From the NCBI GenBank assembly GCA_043228905.1, contig JBHGNT010000003.1, forward strand, positions 14,508,001 through 14,572,000: DNA of 64,000 nt, read 5' to 3'. Numbering within the stretch: position 1 is the stretch's first letter; every line of letters starts with the position of its first letter. The position numbers were made by a program, and so were the translations under genes. The notes under the pieces are model-generated. The model saw only the letters and a list, made by a program, of their open reading frames with translations, was not told where the DNA came from and searched no databases. This document shows positions 38,543 to 51,246 of the stretch, one piece after another. This DNA is from Azolla caroliniana. Its lineage: Eukaryota; Plantae; Polypodiophyta.

Positions 38543-41500
38543 TTGCTTCATCGACGTCGCGTTTCCCAAGCACATGGCGTACCTGTCGTTGGCCTCTCAA
38601 AACCCATTCCAGTTGAAGCCATCGACGGGTGCGTCCTCTCGTCAGGTGCAATTACTCAAGCTACAATCCCATTAGGGCTTCGGGTGGGCTCACACCAAGA
38701 GGAGCTCACCTTTTACCTCATCGCATCTCCTCGACATCCGATCGTCTTAGGACTAACGTGGTTGGCGGCGCACAATCCAATAGTGGATTGGTGCAAGCGC
38801 TCGATCACATTTAGCAAGCCAAGATGCTCGTGCAAAAGTATGAAGGTAAATTCAGTTTCCTATCCTTCGGAGACGGTCGACTTCGAATTGACTACCCCAT
38901 CATCCGTCCAGGATGGGTTTGTTTGTGGCACCATTTCTAACACACTCCATGTTATTCCCGAAAAATACCAACACTTCTCCGACGTATTTGAAAAATGTAA
39001 TGCTGATCGGTTGCCTGAACACCGGCTCTACGATTGTCCGATTGATCTTCAAGAAGGTGCGTGTCCACCCTTTGGTCCTCTATATGCGTTGTCTGCACCA
39101 GAGTTGAAGGCCCTTCGTGTGTATCTTGATGAGAACCTCGAGAAAGGCTTTATTCAACCTTCTAAGTCACCAGCCGGGGCCCCCATTTTATTTGTGAAGA
39201 AGAAGGACGGCTCTCTACGCTTATGCGTCGACTACCGAGGTCTCAACAAACTCACTGTGCGCAACCGCTATCCGCTACCTCTGATCCCCGAACTCCTTGA
39301 TCGGCTCCGAGTTGCGTGTGTCTTCTCCAAAGTTGATCTGCGTGGCGCGTACAATCTAGTACGCATCAAGCCGGGGGATGAATGGAAAACCGCATTTCGA
39401 ACATGGTATGGGCATTTCGAATACAAGGTAATGCCATTTGGTCTTACTAACGCTCCCGCAGTTTTTCAACATATGATGAACGATATTTTCCGGGAATATC
39501 TTGATCTTTTTGTTGTCATTTACCTCGATGATATTCTCATTTTCTCGCCAAACATGGAGGAGCACACTCGCCAAGTCCGATTAGTTCTGGCCAAACTTCG
39601 CGAGCATGGCCTTTATGTCAAAGGCGAGAAATGCGAGTTCGACCGTACCTCGATCGAATTTCTGGGCTACATCATCTCGCCCACTGGCATCACCATGGAT
39701 ATGAAGAAGGTCTCTGTCATTCAGGCGTGGGCGACTCCAAGGCGACTTAAAGATGTGCAATCCTTCCTCGGCTTCGCGAATTTTTACCGTCGCTTCATCA
39801 AGGGGTTTTCCACCCTAGCACAACCTCTTATCGCTCTCACCCATAAAGGCACTCCATTTTTTTGGACCTCGGAGGCACAAAATGCGTTCAACTCACTCAA
39901 ACACGCATTCATCACTGCCCCGGTGCTGCTACATGCCGACCCCACAAAACCCTTCCAAGTCGAAACCGATGCCTCTGACTTTGCCATTGGCGCCATCTTA
40001 TCCCAAGCAGACGACAACAACCTAATGCACCCAGTGGCTTACTATTCCCGAAAATTTACGGCATCTGAAATCAATTATCCCATTTACGACAAGGAGCTTG
40101 CTGCTATCATTGCTGCCTTTGAAGAATGGCGACCCTACTTGGCCGGCGCACAACATCGTGTCCAGGTAGTGACTGATCATAAAAATTTAGTTTATTTTTC
40201 CACCACTCGTACTTTGAATCGAAGGCAGGCCCGTTGGTCTACATTTCTCGCCGACTACGATTTTGAGATCGTATTTCGACCTGGTGGCCAACATGGGAAG
40301 GCTGATGCCCTTTCTCGCCGAGCTGACCTTGCACTCCGCCCTGGGGATGCTGCTTATGCTCAACAATCTAGACGTTTGTTGAAACCCGACCAATTGCATC
40401 TGTTTGCCACTTGTATGTTGCAAGATGATTCTTTACTCCAACAAATCACTGATGCATCCAAGACCGATGTGTTCGCCAACGAGATTCGAGATAGTTTGCA
40501 AAACCCCTCCAAGGCGACCAAAAGGAAGGATCTTGACACCTTCACCATACAAGAGGGTTTGTTGTTCCGAGATCATCTCTTATACGTCCTAGAGGGCCCA
40601 TGTCGCACCCGGGTGTTGCGGGAATGCCACGATGACCCACTTGCAGGTCATTTCGGGGTCGCGAAAACCCTCGAGCTAATCTCTCGGGGGTATTGGTGGC
40701 CACAACCATGGAAGCTGGTCAAAGAATACATAAAGAGTTGTGAGGTTTGTGCTCGCTCCAAAGCCATTCATCATCGGCCATACGGCTTACTACAGCCGCT
40801 TCCATGTCCTCGTCGTCCTTGGGCCTCTATCTCTATGGACCTGATAACTGATCTACCCTTGGTCAATAGCTATGACTCGGTGTTGGTCTTTGTCGATCGG
40901 TTTACGAAGATGGCTCACTTCACTCCATGCTCCAAAACCATTTCCGGAGAAGGAATGGTGCATCTCCTACTCAACAATGTAGTACGCTTGCATGGACTCC
41001 CCGATGATGTCATCTCGGATCGCGGACCCCAGTTTGTCTCTCACTTCTGGCAGCGCCTGCTACAAACTCTAGGCATCTCTGTCAAGTTGTCCTCCGCTTA
41101 TCACCCCCAAACTGACGGGCAAACGGAGCGTGTCAACCAAATCCTTGAGCAGTATCTTCGGTGCTCGGTTAGTTACCAACAAGATGATTGGGTCAACTTA
41201 CTTTCGCTCGCGGAATTCGCCTACAATAATTCTCTCCATGCATCGACTGGCGTCACTCCCTTCTTTGCCAACTACGGTTTACATCCTCGCTTCAACATTT
41301 CCCTTCCTACCACTTCCGTGAACCCTTCGGTGGAGGATCGTGCCCGCATTTTGGAAGAAGTACATCATGATTTATCCTTGGAGCTTAGTCTTGCTAATGA
41401 ACGATACAAGAAGCAGGCTGATCGCCATCGATCTTCCACTCCACACTTTGTCGTTGGAGACATGGTCTGGTTGTTACGTCGACACATCTCTACTACTCGT

Positions 41501-41953
41501 CCATGTGCGAAACTTGATTACAAGAAGTTAGGACCATTCCGTATCATCGAGTGCATCAATCCCGTCGCCTTCCGGCTCGCCCTTCCATCCCACTTCCGGA
41601 TTCACGATGTCTTTCATGTCTCCCTCCTCGAACCCCATTATGCTTCACAACTCCCAGGACGTCAAGCCCCACCACCACCACCTGTGCAATTGACGACAGG
41701 GGAGGAATACGAGGTCGACCAAATCCTTGACTCGCGTTGGCATCGTCGACACTTGCAATACCTCGTCCTATGGAGGGGTTACCCCATGTCTGAGGCCACA
41801 TGGGAACCATCGGCAAATTTACAAAATGCCCCAGAGGTCGTCCAAGATTTTCATCACCGATATCCCCACAAACCAGCGGCCGATTTGGGAAGGTGGCGGC
41901 GTAAGAGGGGGGATAATGTCAAGATTCGAACTCTTGACACGACCATGTTATAA
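38543..41953 (+). CDS. Pol of element F (protease part, RT, RNase H, integrase, chromodomain), 1136-aa open frame
   Basis: YLDD, ETDAS, DKEL, HHCC/DDE integrase, and chromodomain EYEVDQILDSR...YLVLWRGY...TWEP. The LLDSGA protease motif lies in another frame just upstream (frameshift). Confidence 0.92.
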   Translation: MLHRRRVSQAHGVPVVGLSKPIPVEAIDGCVLSSGAITQATIPLGLRVGSHQEELTFYLIASPRHPIVLGLTWLAAHNPIVDWCKRSITFSKPRCSCKSMKVNSVSYPSETVDFELTTPSSVQDGFVCGTISNTLHVIPEKYQHFSDVFEKCNADRLPEHRLYDCPIDLQEGACPPFGPLYALSAPELKALRVYLDENLEKGFIQPSKSPAGAPILFVKKKDGSLRLCVDYRGLNKLTVRNRYPLPLIPELLDRLRVACVFSKVDLRGAYNLVRIKPGDEWKTAFRTWYGHFEYKVMPFGLTNAPAVFQHMMNDIFREYLDLFVVIYLDDILIFSPNMEEHTRQVRLVLAKLREHGLYVKGEKCEFDRTSIEFLGYIISPTGITMDMKKVSVIQAWATPRRLKDVQSFLGFANFYRRFIKGFSTLAQPLIALTHKGTPFFWTSEAQNAFNSLKHAFITAPVLLHADPTKPFQVETDASDFAIGAILSQADDNNLMHPVAYYSRKFTASEINYPIYDKELAAIIAAFEEWRPYLAGAQHRVQVVTDHKNLVYFSTTRTLNRRQARWSTFLADYDFEIVFRPGGQHGKADALSRRADLALRPGDAAYAQQSRRLLKPDQLHLFATCMLQDDSLLQQITDASKTDVFANEIRDSLQNPSKATKRKDLDTFTIQEGLLFRDHLLYVLEGPCRTRVLRECHDDPLAGHFGVAKTLELISRGYWWPQPWKLVKEYIKSCEVCARSKAIHHRPYGLLQPLPCPRRPWASISMDLITDLPLVNSYDSVLVFVDRFTKMAHFTPCSKTISGEGMVHLLLNNVVRLHGLPDDVISDRGPQFVSHFWQRLLQTLGISVKLSSAYHPQTDGQTERVNQILEQYLRCSVSYQQDDWVNLLSLAEFAYNNSLHASTGVTPFFANYGLHPRFNISLPTTSVNPSVEDRARILEEVHHDLSLELSLANERYKKQADRHRSSTPHFVVGDMVWLLRRHISTTRPCAKLDYKKLGPFRIIECINPVAFRLALPSHFRIHDVFHVSLLEPHYASQLPGRQAPPPPPVQLTTGEEYEVDQILDSRWHRRHLQYLVLWRGYPMSEATWEPSANLQNAPEVVQDFHHRYPHKPAADLGRWRRKRGDNVKIRTLDTTML

Positions 41954-43751
41954 TCTACTATTATGAGTTAACCAAGATATCTAGTACTAGTTATGTATGT
42001 AATTGTTCCTTATTATTTTGCTAGCATCATGTGCATAGTTGCTCCCTTGTAGTATTTACACTTGGCACATGCATGCATACCTACATGCTCTATTGTAGAT
42101 TCACATGCGTGCAACAAGTATGCATGCCATGTAGTATAAATAGAGGAGTTCACCTTGAAGGAATTCAAGGTGAACAACACCAGTTATGGAGTCTTTCCTT
42201 TAGTACTATCTTCTTTCTTGTCCATTTGGTTATCTTCTTCGTTGTCTCTTGAGTTTATGATCCGTGACATAGGTCGGCGTTGCCCAGCGTGACAACTAAC
42301 GTCTCCCAGCTATCCGGGAGGGAACCAAGCAGGAGCAATGCAAGTACCTCTCGGCAAGAGGTACTTCCAATGAGGTTGGCTAGTGGATCAATCCCTAGAA
42401 GGCATTCATGTGCTCTGCCATACTGGAGCCATCTTGGTACCGGAGCCTCACTAGCATCCGGAATACCGAAACCTGATTAATGGCATTCTTGTTCTGGAAC
42501 ATGATGCCGATCTTCTCCCAGAGTTCATGAGCCTTGCTCTCTTCATTGAAGTTGTTGTATAGGCTCATGTCGATGAAGCACCGGATGTATGCCGCCGTCT
42601 TCATGTGCATCACCTCCCACATTGTGGCGTCAATCTTATATGATCTCTTGTCCCCGAACTGAACAAGCAACCAAAGATCTTTGACCACCAACATATCCCT
42701 CCTCTTCGACTTCCACACCGAGTAGTTGGAGCCGGTGAGCTTGAACATGCTGCCGAACGATTCTTCCATTTCTTGTGTTGTTCGCTCTGATACTAGTTTG
42801 TAGAGAAATATCGCGGAATATTGCTCGGCCACAACCGAGACTTGAATCACTTCTATGAGAATGAAACACAAAAATGGGAAATGGAGAGTACACAAAGAAA
42901 ATACACAAGATGTTTACGTGGAAAACCCAAATAGGGAAAAAACCACGGGAGCCCACAGACTCCAATTATCACTATGGGAGAAATGTATAGTCAGAGCCTT
43001 AGAGGCAACGACCTCGAGCTCTGTATCTTCGCCAACCGGCAGTTACAACAGAGTACCTTTCTGTATCTCACACACTCTCTCTCTGTCGCTCTCTAGTGAT
43101 TGCCCTAAGTCATATATATATATTTTTCATCATAGTGATTGCCCTAAGTCATATTTATACTTATATGAACTTGGGGCTATTTACAAATATAGCCTCAATA
43201 GGCTTACTCAAAACATATTTATAGATATGTCTTCTCTTTCGGTTCTCACCGGCTATCTCTTCCGGTTCTCACTGGGTCCTCTATATTCATCACCGGATCC
43301 CATCCGGAGAGACCGATTTCCCAACACCCATGACTCTATATATAAAGGGCATGGAAAACTTGTAAAAAGCTAGTGATAATCTTGTACTCCATATCTGAAA
43401 TATAGTTTCTGATTGCCTGACTCTCTATGTTTCTGTGACTCTTGTATTTGTTCATGTTTCATGTCGAGTATACGTTCTACGTTGAAGCTGTATTACGTTG
43501 TGTATGCTAGTACGTATGGAGTTAGTTGTAGTCGTCTCCCTAATCTCCACAGTCAAGTTGACCCTTAGGAGTCCCGTACACGGTCACTCGAGTTCCAGAT
43601 ATGACGTACTCACCCATTCGTCAAAGCACAATTCCCTTGAGTCGAACCCCGAAGGACTGCGGATTCGACACCGTGTCACCTTAACTGGTAACAATCTGGT
43701 AACAATTATCTAGAAAAAGTCTACGCCTATTTCTAACCCACTCTATCCCTG

Positions 43752-46700
43752 TGTCATGAACATATACCAAAACTCCAAGACTCGTAATAGATATTCGAAC
43801 CCATAACCTCCTCAAAGATAATGTGTAGCTTCAACCACTAGGATACATTATATTACATATCTAAAATTATAAATTCTCATATTAGATCAGGAAGAAACAT
43901 ATATAATATTATGAAATGTCGCCACCACATAGGCTAACGCATGATTACAAAGTGTCATGCTTGCATGAATGCAAAATGGCGATCATGCGTGCCTATGAGG
44001 TGGCGAGCATGCATGTATCCAAAGCATGCTATATAAACATGTATTGAAGTATTGATGAACCATTCCGGTTCAACGCTAGTCTTCAACATACTCTTGTAAC
44101 CCTTGTTCTCATTTGCTATTGTAACCCTTGTTCTCATTGCTAATACATTTTCACCATCTTATTTCTCTCTTATTCTTTTCTTATTTTCTACTTCTCATTC
44201 TTTTCTTCATTTTAAACTTGTCTTTGGCTACAACCTTGACAGTTTGAACTGGAATCCCTAACCTTCTTCATTGTAATCTTTCTTTCCAAGGAACCTCTCA
44301 TCCTCTCTTCTCATAACCATGGCAACAGTAAGTGAACAAGAATATATGCGCGTTCTAGGTGATCTTGAATGCTTGAGCACCAAGCTCATAGCCTTGGAGC
44401 AAGAAAATCAAAGGCTGCTCGGGGATTTACAACAAGTGAATGTCGAGAAAGCTCAACAACATGAAGAATTAACTCAAAGGGTTCACCAACTTGAAGCGAC
44501 ATTAATAACATTGCAACAACAAGCATTACAAGCACCAAATTCGACAAAATAACCCAAGATAAGTTTCCCATCGAAGTTTGATGGTACTCGATCACAATTT
44601 TGAGGATTTTTAAATCAGGTACGTATAGTATTTCAAATGCATCCCATTCAATATCCAACAGATTCAGCACGAGTAGGGTTGGTTGGTACTCTATTGACTG
44701 GTACAACATTGGCTTGGTTTGTGCCATTACTCGAGAAAAAGTGCCCTATTTTGGATAACTTTGATGAGTTTATTAAAGAGTTTTGGGCTTGTTTTGGAGA
44801 TACCGATAGCATGAGAACAACTATTAATAAGATTCGAAGATTACAACAAGGGGATCGCCCAGCCTCAGCCTATGCAGCTGATTTTCACCTTCTTGCATGT
44901 GACATTCCTTGGGACGAAGAGGCATTGATGGATCAATTTCGACAAGGACTTCGCAATGATGTGAATGACTTGCTTCTCACTTTTCATGAAGATCATAAAT
45001 CTCTTATTGAGGGGATTAATTGAGCTGTACAATGTGATAATCGATTATTCAAGCGATGCTCTGAGCGTCAACAATGGTCTCGACCTCGATCAGAGCAGAC
45101 ATATGCGTCATTGACATCACTACCTACATCTGGAACTATGTAGGTCCCTATTTATACCCCGATAAGTGGCCCTACTCCAATGGAAATCTATTCTACACGT
45201 CATCGAGGACCTTTAACAGAAGCTGAAAAGAAAAGATGTCAGACGAACTACCTATGTTTATATTGTGGTCGTCCAGGACATATAGTCATAATCTGTCCTC
45301 ATCGACCTAGGCGTCAAGTTTACTAAGTAAGCGGTAGTACTAAATTGGATCTCGATTCTCCAAATACATCTAGCAATCCTAGTAGCCCTACACCTTCAAA
45401 TCGTTATGAAGTACTTAGCCAACTAGATGAGGTGTTAAACAAGTAAATCTAGCCAAAATAAGCGTCATTTGGTTGGATAACCCAAAATTTGTAGAGTCAG
45501 TCCATAGTAATGGTTCCATTTCATCGAACCAAGTTAATAGGGTTTTTGTGGCACAAGTCGAGCTTAATACCTCTAGATGCCATCAAATCTTCACATATGC
45601 TCTCTTAGATTCATGAGCCAACTCTTGTTTCATGGACCAAAATTTTGCCTTGAGACATAATATCTTATTAAAACCATTGCATTGACCAATATTAGTCACA
45701 ATCATAGATGGTCGACCCATTGCCTCTGGAGACATAACTGAAGAGTCTGAATCAGTTTGTGTAGTTCTCAGTGATTTAGCTTGTGTCATCTCATTCAATA
45801 TCATATATATCCGATTGTCCTCGGCCTACCTTGGGTTAAGCTTCACAACCCCCAAATTGATTGGAAAAAACGAGTTATCCTAGAATCCAAGAAAAACCAC
45901 ATATCAAATTTCCCTATTGCTTATAACCTAAATTTAGAGTGCCATCAGATCTCAACAATATAACTGGAAAACTTACGCAAAGAGGTGCAGAAAGAAGAAA
46001 TGTTTATATTTGCAATAATACAAATGCCAACACCACCTCAACAAAAAGTCGAGTACCTTACTTCCAACCAAGTATCAAGAATTCCAAGATGTCTTCAATA
46101 AGGACAAAGCTGCTAGACTCCCAGAACATCGACCTTATGATTGTCCTATTGATCTTCAACTAGGAAAAGATCCACCATGGGGACCAATTTATAGTGTATC
46201 ACCTATAGAGCTCAAGGTTCATCGTGACTATATCGATGAAAATTTAGCTACTGGATTTATTAATTATTCCAAATCTCCGGCTGGCGCACCAATATTTTTT
46301 GTCAAGAAGAAAGATGGATCGCTTCATTTGGTAGTAGATTATCGAGGATGAAACAAAATCAAAATTCGAAACAGGTATGCCTTACCTTTAATACCAACAC
46401 TTTTGGGGCGGTTGAGTGGAGCCAAATACTTTACAAAGATTGATCTTAGAGGTGCTTATAACCTAGTTCGAATTCGTCCGAGTGATGAATGGAAAACTGC
46501 ATTTCGCACTCGATATGGGAATTTTGAGTATATAGTTATGCCTTTCGGTCTCACAAATGCTCTTCCGGTTTTTCAGCATATGGCTAATGATATTTCCCGA
46601 GACTTCTTGGATATATTAACCATCATTTATTTGGACGATATCTTGATATTTTCCAAGACTCAAGAAGAGCATGATGAGCATGTACGCCAAGTTCTATGAC

Positions 46701-47982
46701 GATTACAAGAATATGGTCTCTACACTAAACTTGAGAAATGTAGTTTTGGTCTCAACCAAGTGGAATTCCTAGGGTACATAGTATCACCAGAAGGAATATC
46801 TATGGATCCAGCAAAGGTGCAAACAATTCTAGAGTGGGAAACACCACAATCTATGCGTGATGTCTAGTGTTTCTGGGGATTTGCGAATTTTTACCACAAA
46901 TTCATTAGGAAATACTCAAAGAAGGTTATGCCTCTTACACAATTAACACTTAAAAACCAACCATTCATATGGAATCCTAGTGCGGCAGAGGCATTCGAAA
47001 GCTTAAAATGTGCATTCATATCAGCTCCTATTTTGATCCATGCTAACCAAGACAAGCCTTTTATTTTGGATGCTAATGCATCAGATTTTGCACTCGGGAG
47101 TATCCTCTCACAACCCAAAGAAAACGGGCTATTATATCTAGTTGCTTTTCATTCGCGGAAATTTGAAGCTACGAAAATTAATTATGAGATTCACGACAAG
47201 GGGCTTTTGGCTATTGTAGACTCTTTTGAGCATTGGCGCCACTTCTTGGAAGGTTCTCCCCATCAAATCATTGTCTATAATGATCATAAGAACCTAACGT
47301 ATTTCCAAAATGCTCTAGTCTTAAATTGTCAACAGGCTCGTTAGGCACAATTTCTTACACGCTTTGATTTCTTGATCGTGTATCGCCCCACAATACACTA
47401 GGGAAAGGTAGATGCGCTATCTTGATGTTCCTACATGACATCCTATTTAGGGGAACCTACTTTTGATCATCAAAAGCAGATCCTCCTTGGTCCTAATCGT
47501 TTACAAGTGATGGCTGCTAATGCTTTTAAGATGCCCACAAACTCGATACTTATTAGTACGATTTGTACTGAGCTTGAAGTTGACAAATTCGCACAAGATT
47601 TCTTGAATCATATCATTCCAGATCGTGCTTCTTGTTCAAGGTTCGTGAATTCTCATAAAGATTATAATCAGTTCAGTTGGCATGATAATTTCCTTTTTCA
47701 AAATAATTTACTTTATGTCCCTAATGGCCGTTCTCGACTCCTTATTTTACAACACTGCCATGACATGCCAATGGCCAAACATTTTGAAGTTCACAAAACT
47801 TTGAAATTAGTTTCTAGAAATTATTGATGGCCACAACATCGTAATTATATTGAGGACTACATTCACAGTTGTGATGCATGTTGTAGGTCCAGGTGTCCTC
47901 GTCATCGACCACATGGTTTACTCCAAGCCTTACAAGTTCCTGATGGTCCCTGGAAGTCTAAATCTATGGATTTCATTCCTGA
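43752..47982 (+). mobile_element. Degenerate Tcn1-like chromovirus G (5' LTR, gag, pol up to the integrase start)
   Basis: LTR 43752-44241; self-priming site TTGAACTGGAAT after the LTR; gag ATG 44319; RT IYLDD; cut in the integrase (SMDFI) by element H. Confidence 0.9.
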
Positions 47983-50798
47983 TGTCATAGACATAGGCCA
48001 GAAAGGAAGGTAGGGATTGAACCCAAGACCTCATGGTCTCTACTGGGCAACCCTACCAATTGAGTTACATATGAATCCTTGTACCAAAGCCAACTTCATA
48101 TATTGTAGATTGAACATTGGAAGTTCCTAGCTTGCACACATTCTCATGCATTCTCTATTGCATGCATCCTCATGCATCCTCTATTTCTAACTGGCTTACA
48201 GAGCCCTACCTTCTTGTATAAATACTGAGGTGCACCTTGATTCTAATCAAGGTGAACAACACTAGTTACAGATTCTATAAGTGGAGTTCTTGTTCTTTTC
48301 CTCTCTCTTGTTTTCTAGTCTTGTCTTTGCTCTGCTCTATTATACTTGTCTGTGACAACTTGCTACCATGTCTATCTCCGTCGACAACCTAAACCAAGTC
48401 ATGGCATCCTTGCAACAACTTCAGCTAGAGAATGAAATCCTTTGGGAATCATTATGAGAGTTGCAATCCAGTACTTCGAGAAATCCACCACCCACCGAGT
48501 CACAACCACCGTCGCCACCTAGCCTTACCACGTCCTCTTCCCATCCATATGTCCTCGAAACAACCATCAGCCTACTAGACAAATTCAATAGCACGAGGGC
48601 GTATCTTTGCAGTTTCTCAACCAAGTTTAGTTTATCATCCGGTTACAGCCCCAATGGTATGCTAGTGACTTCTCTCGGGTTGGGCTTGTCGGCACGCTTC
48701 TCTCCGGGCCGACGCAAGCATAGTTTGCAACCTTGATCGAGACCTGATCCCCTCTCTTAGAAAACTTCGCCGCTTTCATTGAGGAGCTCGAAGCGACATT
48801 TGGCGAGACAAACCGGTTTTGAATGGCACTCACAAAGCTTTATTCTTTCCAACAAGGCTCATGTCGAGGCTCAGTCTACGCCTTAGAGTTCCGTCAGATT
48901 GCCTGCGATATCAGTTGGGATGACCAAGCCCTATGCGACCATTTCCGTTGCAGTCTCCGAAACGACATCAAGACTCTTCTCTTAAACTTCCCAGAGCCCA
49001 CATTGTTGTCTCAAGTAATCTCCGAAGTCTCTTTGAACTTCATTAAGAAGAACGAGGGACTCGTGGGTCTCAGGCTTCTTCCCGAAACGCATCAATCGCC
49101 AGGCCCTACTTGTCTCCCACGCCAACCTTACCATCACCCAATGATACCCATACCATGACGGAGGTCGATTTCCATACCCTGATGGATATCGACCACGCTC
49201 GGTTCCACCCACTAACGGAAGCCCAACGCCAACATCGTCAGGACAATGGACGCTGTCTCTATTGTGGCAACCCCGGCCTTGTCATCCGCCACTGCCCGAT
49301 GTGGGTCCCGCGGCACCAATTCCATCATGCACGTCTTGCGGAGGTTCCTCGACAATAGGAAAAAGACGAGGTCCGGCTGCAATAGGAGCCATGCCGCTAG
49401 AGGCTTCCCGTTACTCACCTTCTCCATGCTCCTACAAGTCCGTTCCGCCATTAGGAGGGTTTTCTTTGCAAGTAAATCTTTGTTTTGGTTCCACTTCAAT
49501 ACATTCTCATGCCTTGCTCGAGTCCAGACCATCTGCTTGCTTTATCAATAAATCATTGGTTGCGAACATAATATCCCCACCGCCCGCACATCACAACCCA
49601 TATCCGTTGAAGTGATCGATGGTCGGGTTCTCTCTTCAGGGGCGGTTACCGAAGCCACTATCCCATTGGTACTTCAAGTCGGGTGCATTAGGAGGAACTC
49701 ATGTTCTACCTCATCGCAACCCCCCAACATCCGATTATGTTGGGGCTATCTTGGTTGGAGACACACAATCTGACGGTGGATTAGTGTAACCGCTCCATCA
49801 CTTTTCCAGTAAGGCCAATTCCTGCTAAGTCACGACACTCTCTTGATTCTGTTGCGGCCGCTACATTGACCATTGTGTCGGGGGATGTCACCGTTCTTGT
49901 CAACAATTTACCCATCCGATATAGCAAGTTTTCCGACATCTTCAAAAAGTGGAATGCCAATCAATTACCGACTCATTGCCCCTACGATTGCCCAATCGAA
50001 CTCCAAGCTGGTGAGCATCCCCCATTTAGTCCTATATATGGGTTATCTGAACCCAAACTTTAGGCTCTATGTAGATATCTGGCTGAGAATCTCGCAAAGG
50101 GCTTCATTCAACCCACCAAATCATCGGCCGGGCCACCAATCTTATCTGTCAAAAAGAAGGACGACTCCTTACGCTTATGTGTGCATTATCTAGGTCTCAA
50201 CAAAGTTACGGTGCGTAATCGTTACCCCTTGCCCTTAATTCCAAGACTCCTCGATGGACTCCGAACTAGGCATATCTTCTCCAAAATCGACCTTCGGGGC
50301 GCCTACAATTTGGTGTGCATCAAGCCTGGCGATGAGTGGAAAATGGCTTTTTGCGCTATGGACATTTCGAGTACAAAGTGATGCCATTCGGCCTTACCAA
50401 TTCTCCGGTTTTCTTCCAACACATGATGAACGATATTTTTCGAGAGCATCTCGATCATTTCGTGGTCATCTACCTTGATGACATCCTAGTTTTTTCTTCC
50501 AACTGGGAGGAGCACACACACCACGTTCGGCTGGTTCTCACCAAACTCCGGGAATATGAGCTCTTCGTCAAAAGTGAGAAATGTGAATTCGATCGGACCT
50601 CTGTCGAATTCCTGGGTTACATGATCTCCCCTATTGGGATCACAATCGATGAACGCAAGGTAACGACAATCACTGATTGGCCTCTCCCGACTCGGCTGAA
50701 AGAAGTACAATCGTTTCTTGGTTTTTCAAATTTTTATAGATGATTTATAGACGAGTTCTCTTCCCTAGTCCAACCTCTCATCCAGCTTACCTGGAAAG
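47983..50798 (+). mobile_element. Degenerate Tcn1-like chromovirus H (related to F), cut in RT by a copia LTR
   Basis: LTR 47983-48357 (TGTCAT...GTGACA); gag ATG 48368 homologous to F gag; RT VIYLDD at ~50465. Confidence 0.9.
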
Positions 50799-51246
50799 TG
50801 TTGGGAATTCGGTCCCTCTAGATGAGAATCGGAGGAGCTAGATTGGACGAGCCGGATGAAGGAACCAGATCTGGAAGTGTTCCCGATGAAACTCGGAAAC
50901 CGGATCGAGTGAATCCAGATGGATCCGGTGCAAACCGGATCAAAGGACATATGTGTAAATATGTTTCATGGTTAGCCTATTGAGGTTATATTTGTAGATA
51001 GCCCAAAAGTCATATAAGTATAAATATGACTTAGGGCAATCACTTTACTGTAGAGATGTTGTATATTGTCGTATATATATATATATATGTAGAGGCACAA
51101 AACGATACTCTATTGTAACCACCGCTTGGCGAAGATACAGAGCTCGAGGTCGTTGCCTTTGAATATTTGATTGTACCTTTTTCATATAGTGATAGTTTGG
51201 AGTCTGTGGCCTGCCGTGGTTTTTCCCTATTTAGGGTTTTCCACGT

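Larger units (their letters stand above)
36978..42269 (+). mobile_element. Young full-length Tcn1-like chromovirus F (self-priming type)
   Basis: 353-bp LTRs at 36978-37330 and 41917-42269, with 2 differences by eye. TSD TAGGT; PPT AAGAGGGGGGA at ~41903-41913; no tRNA PBS. Confidence 0.96.
12420..43326 (-). mobile_element. Ty1/copia LTR retrotransposon (Tnt1/Tork-like), degenerate, hosting five nested insertions
   Basis: 5' LTR 42799-43326; 3' LTR 12420-22881 (interrupted). TSD CCCAT at 12415-12419 and 43327-43331. Decayed Met PBS at 42784-42795; PPT (reverse complement GTGAAGGGGGAGAT) at 22882-22895. Coding pieces: gag 42275-42768, zinc knuckle ~36730-36780, integrase 30682-31658, RT 29497-30229, RNase H 22892-23299. 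Confidence 0.95.
12251..43704. mobile_element. Solo LTR (~540 bp: 12251-12419 plus 43332-43704) split by the copia insertion
   Basis: TGTTGG...GGTAACA termini with a 5-bp TSD ATTAT at 12246-12250 and 43705-43709. Confidence 0.8.

Noticed and set aside
48004-48070. Functional tRNA genes in the Tcn1-like LTRs
   Set aside because: No convincing acceptor or anticodon stems; only the A/B boxes and T-arm-like parts remain. Kept as tRNA-like cassettes.
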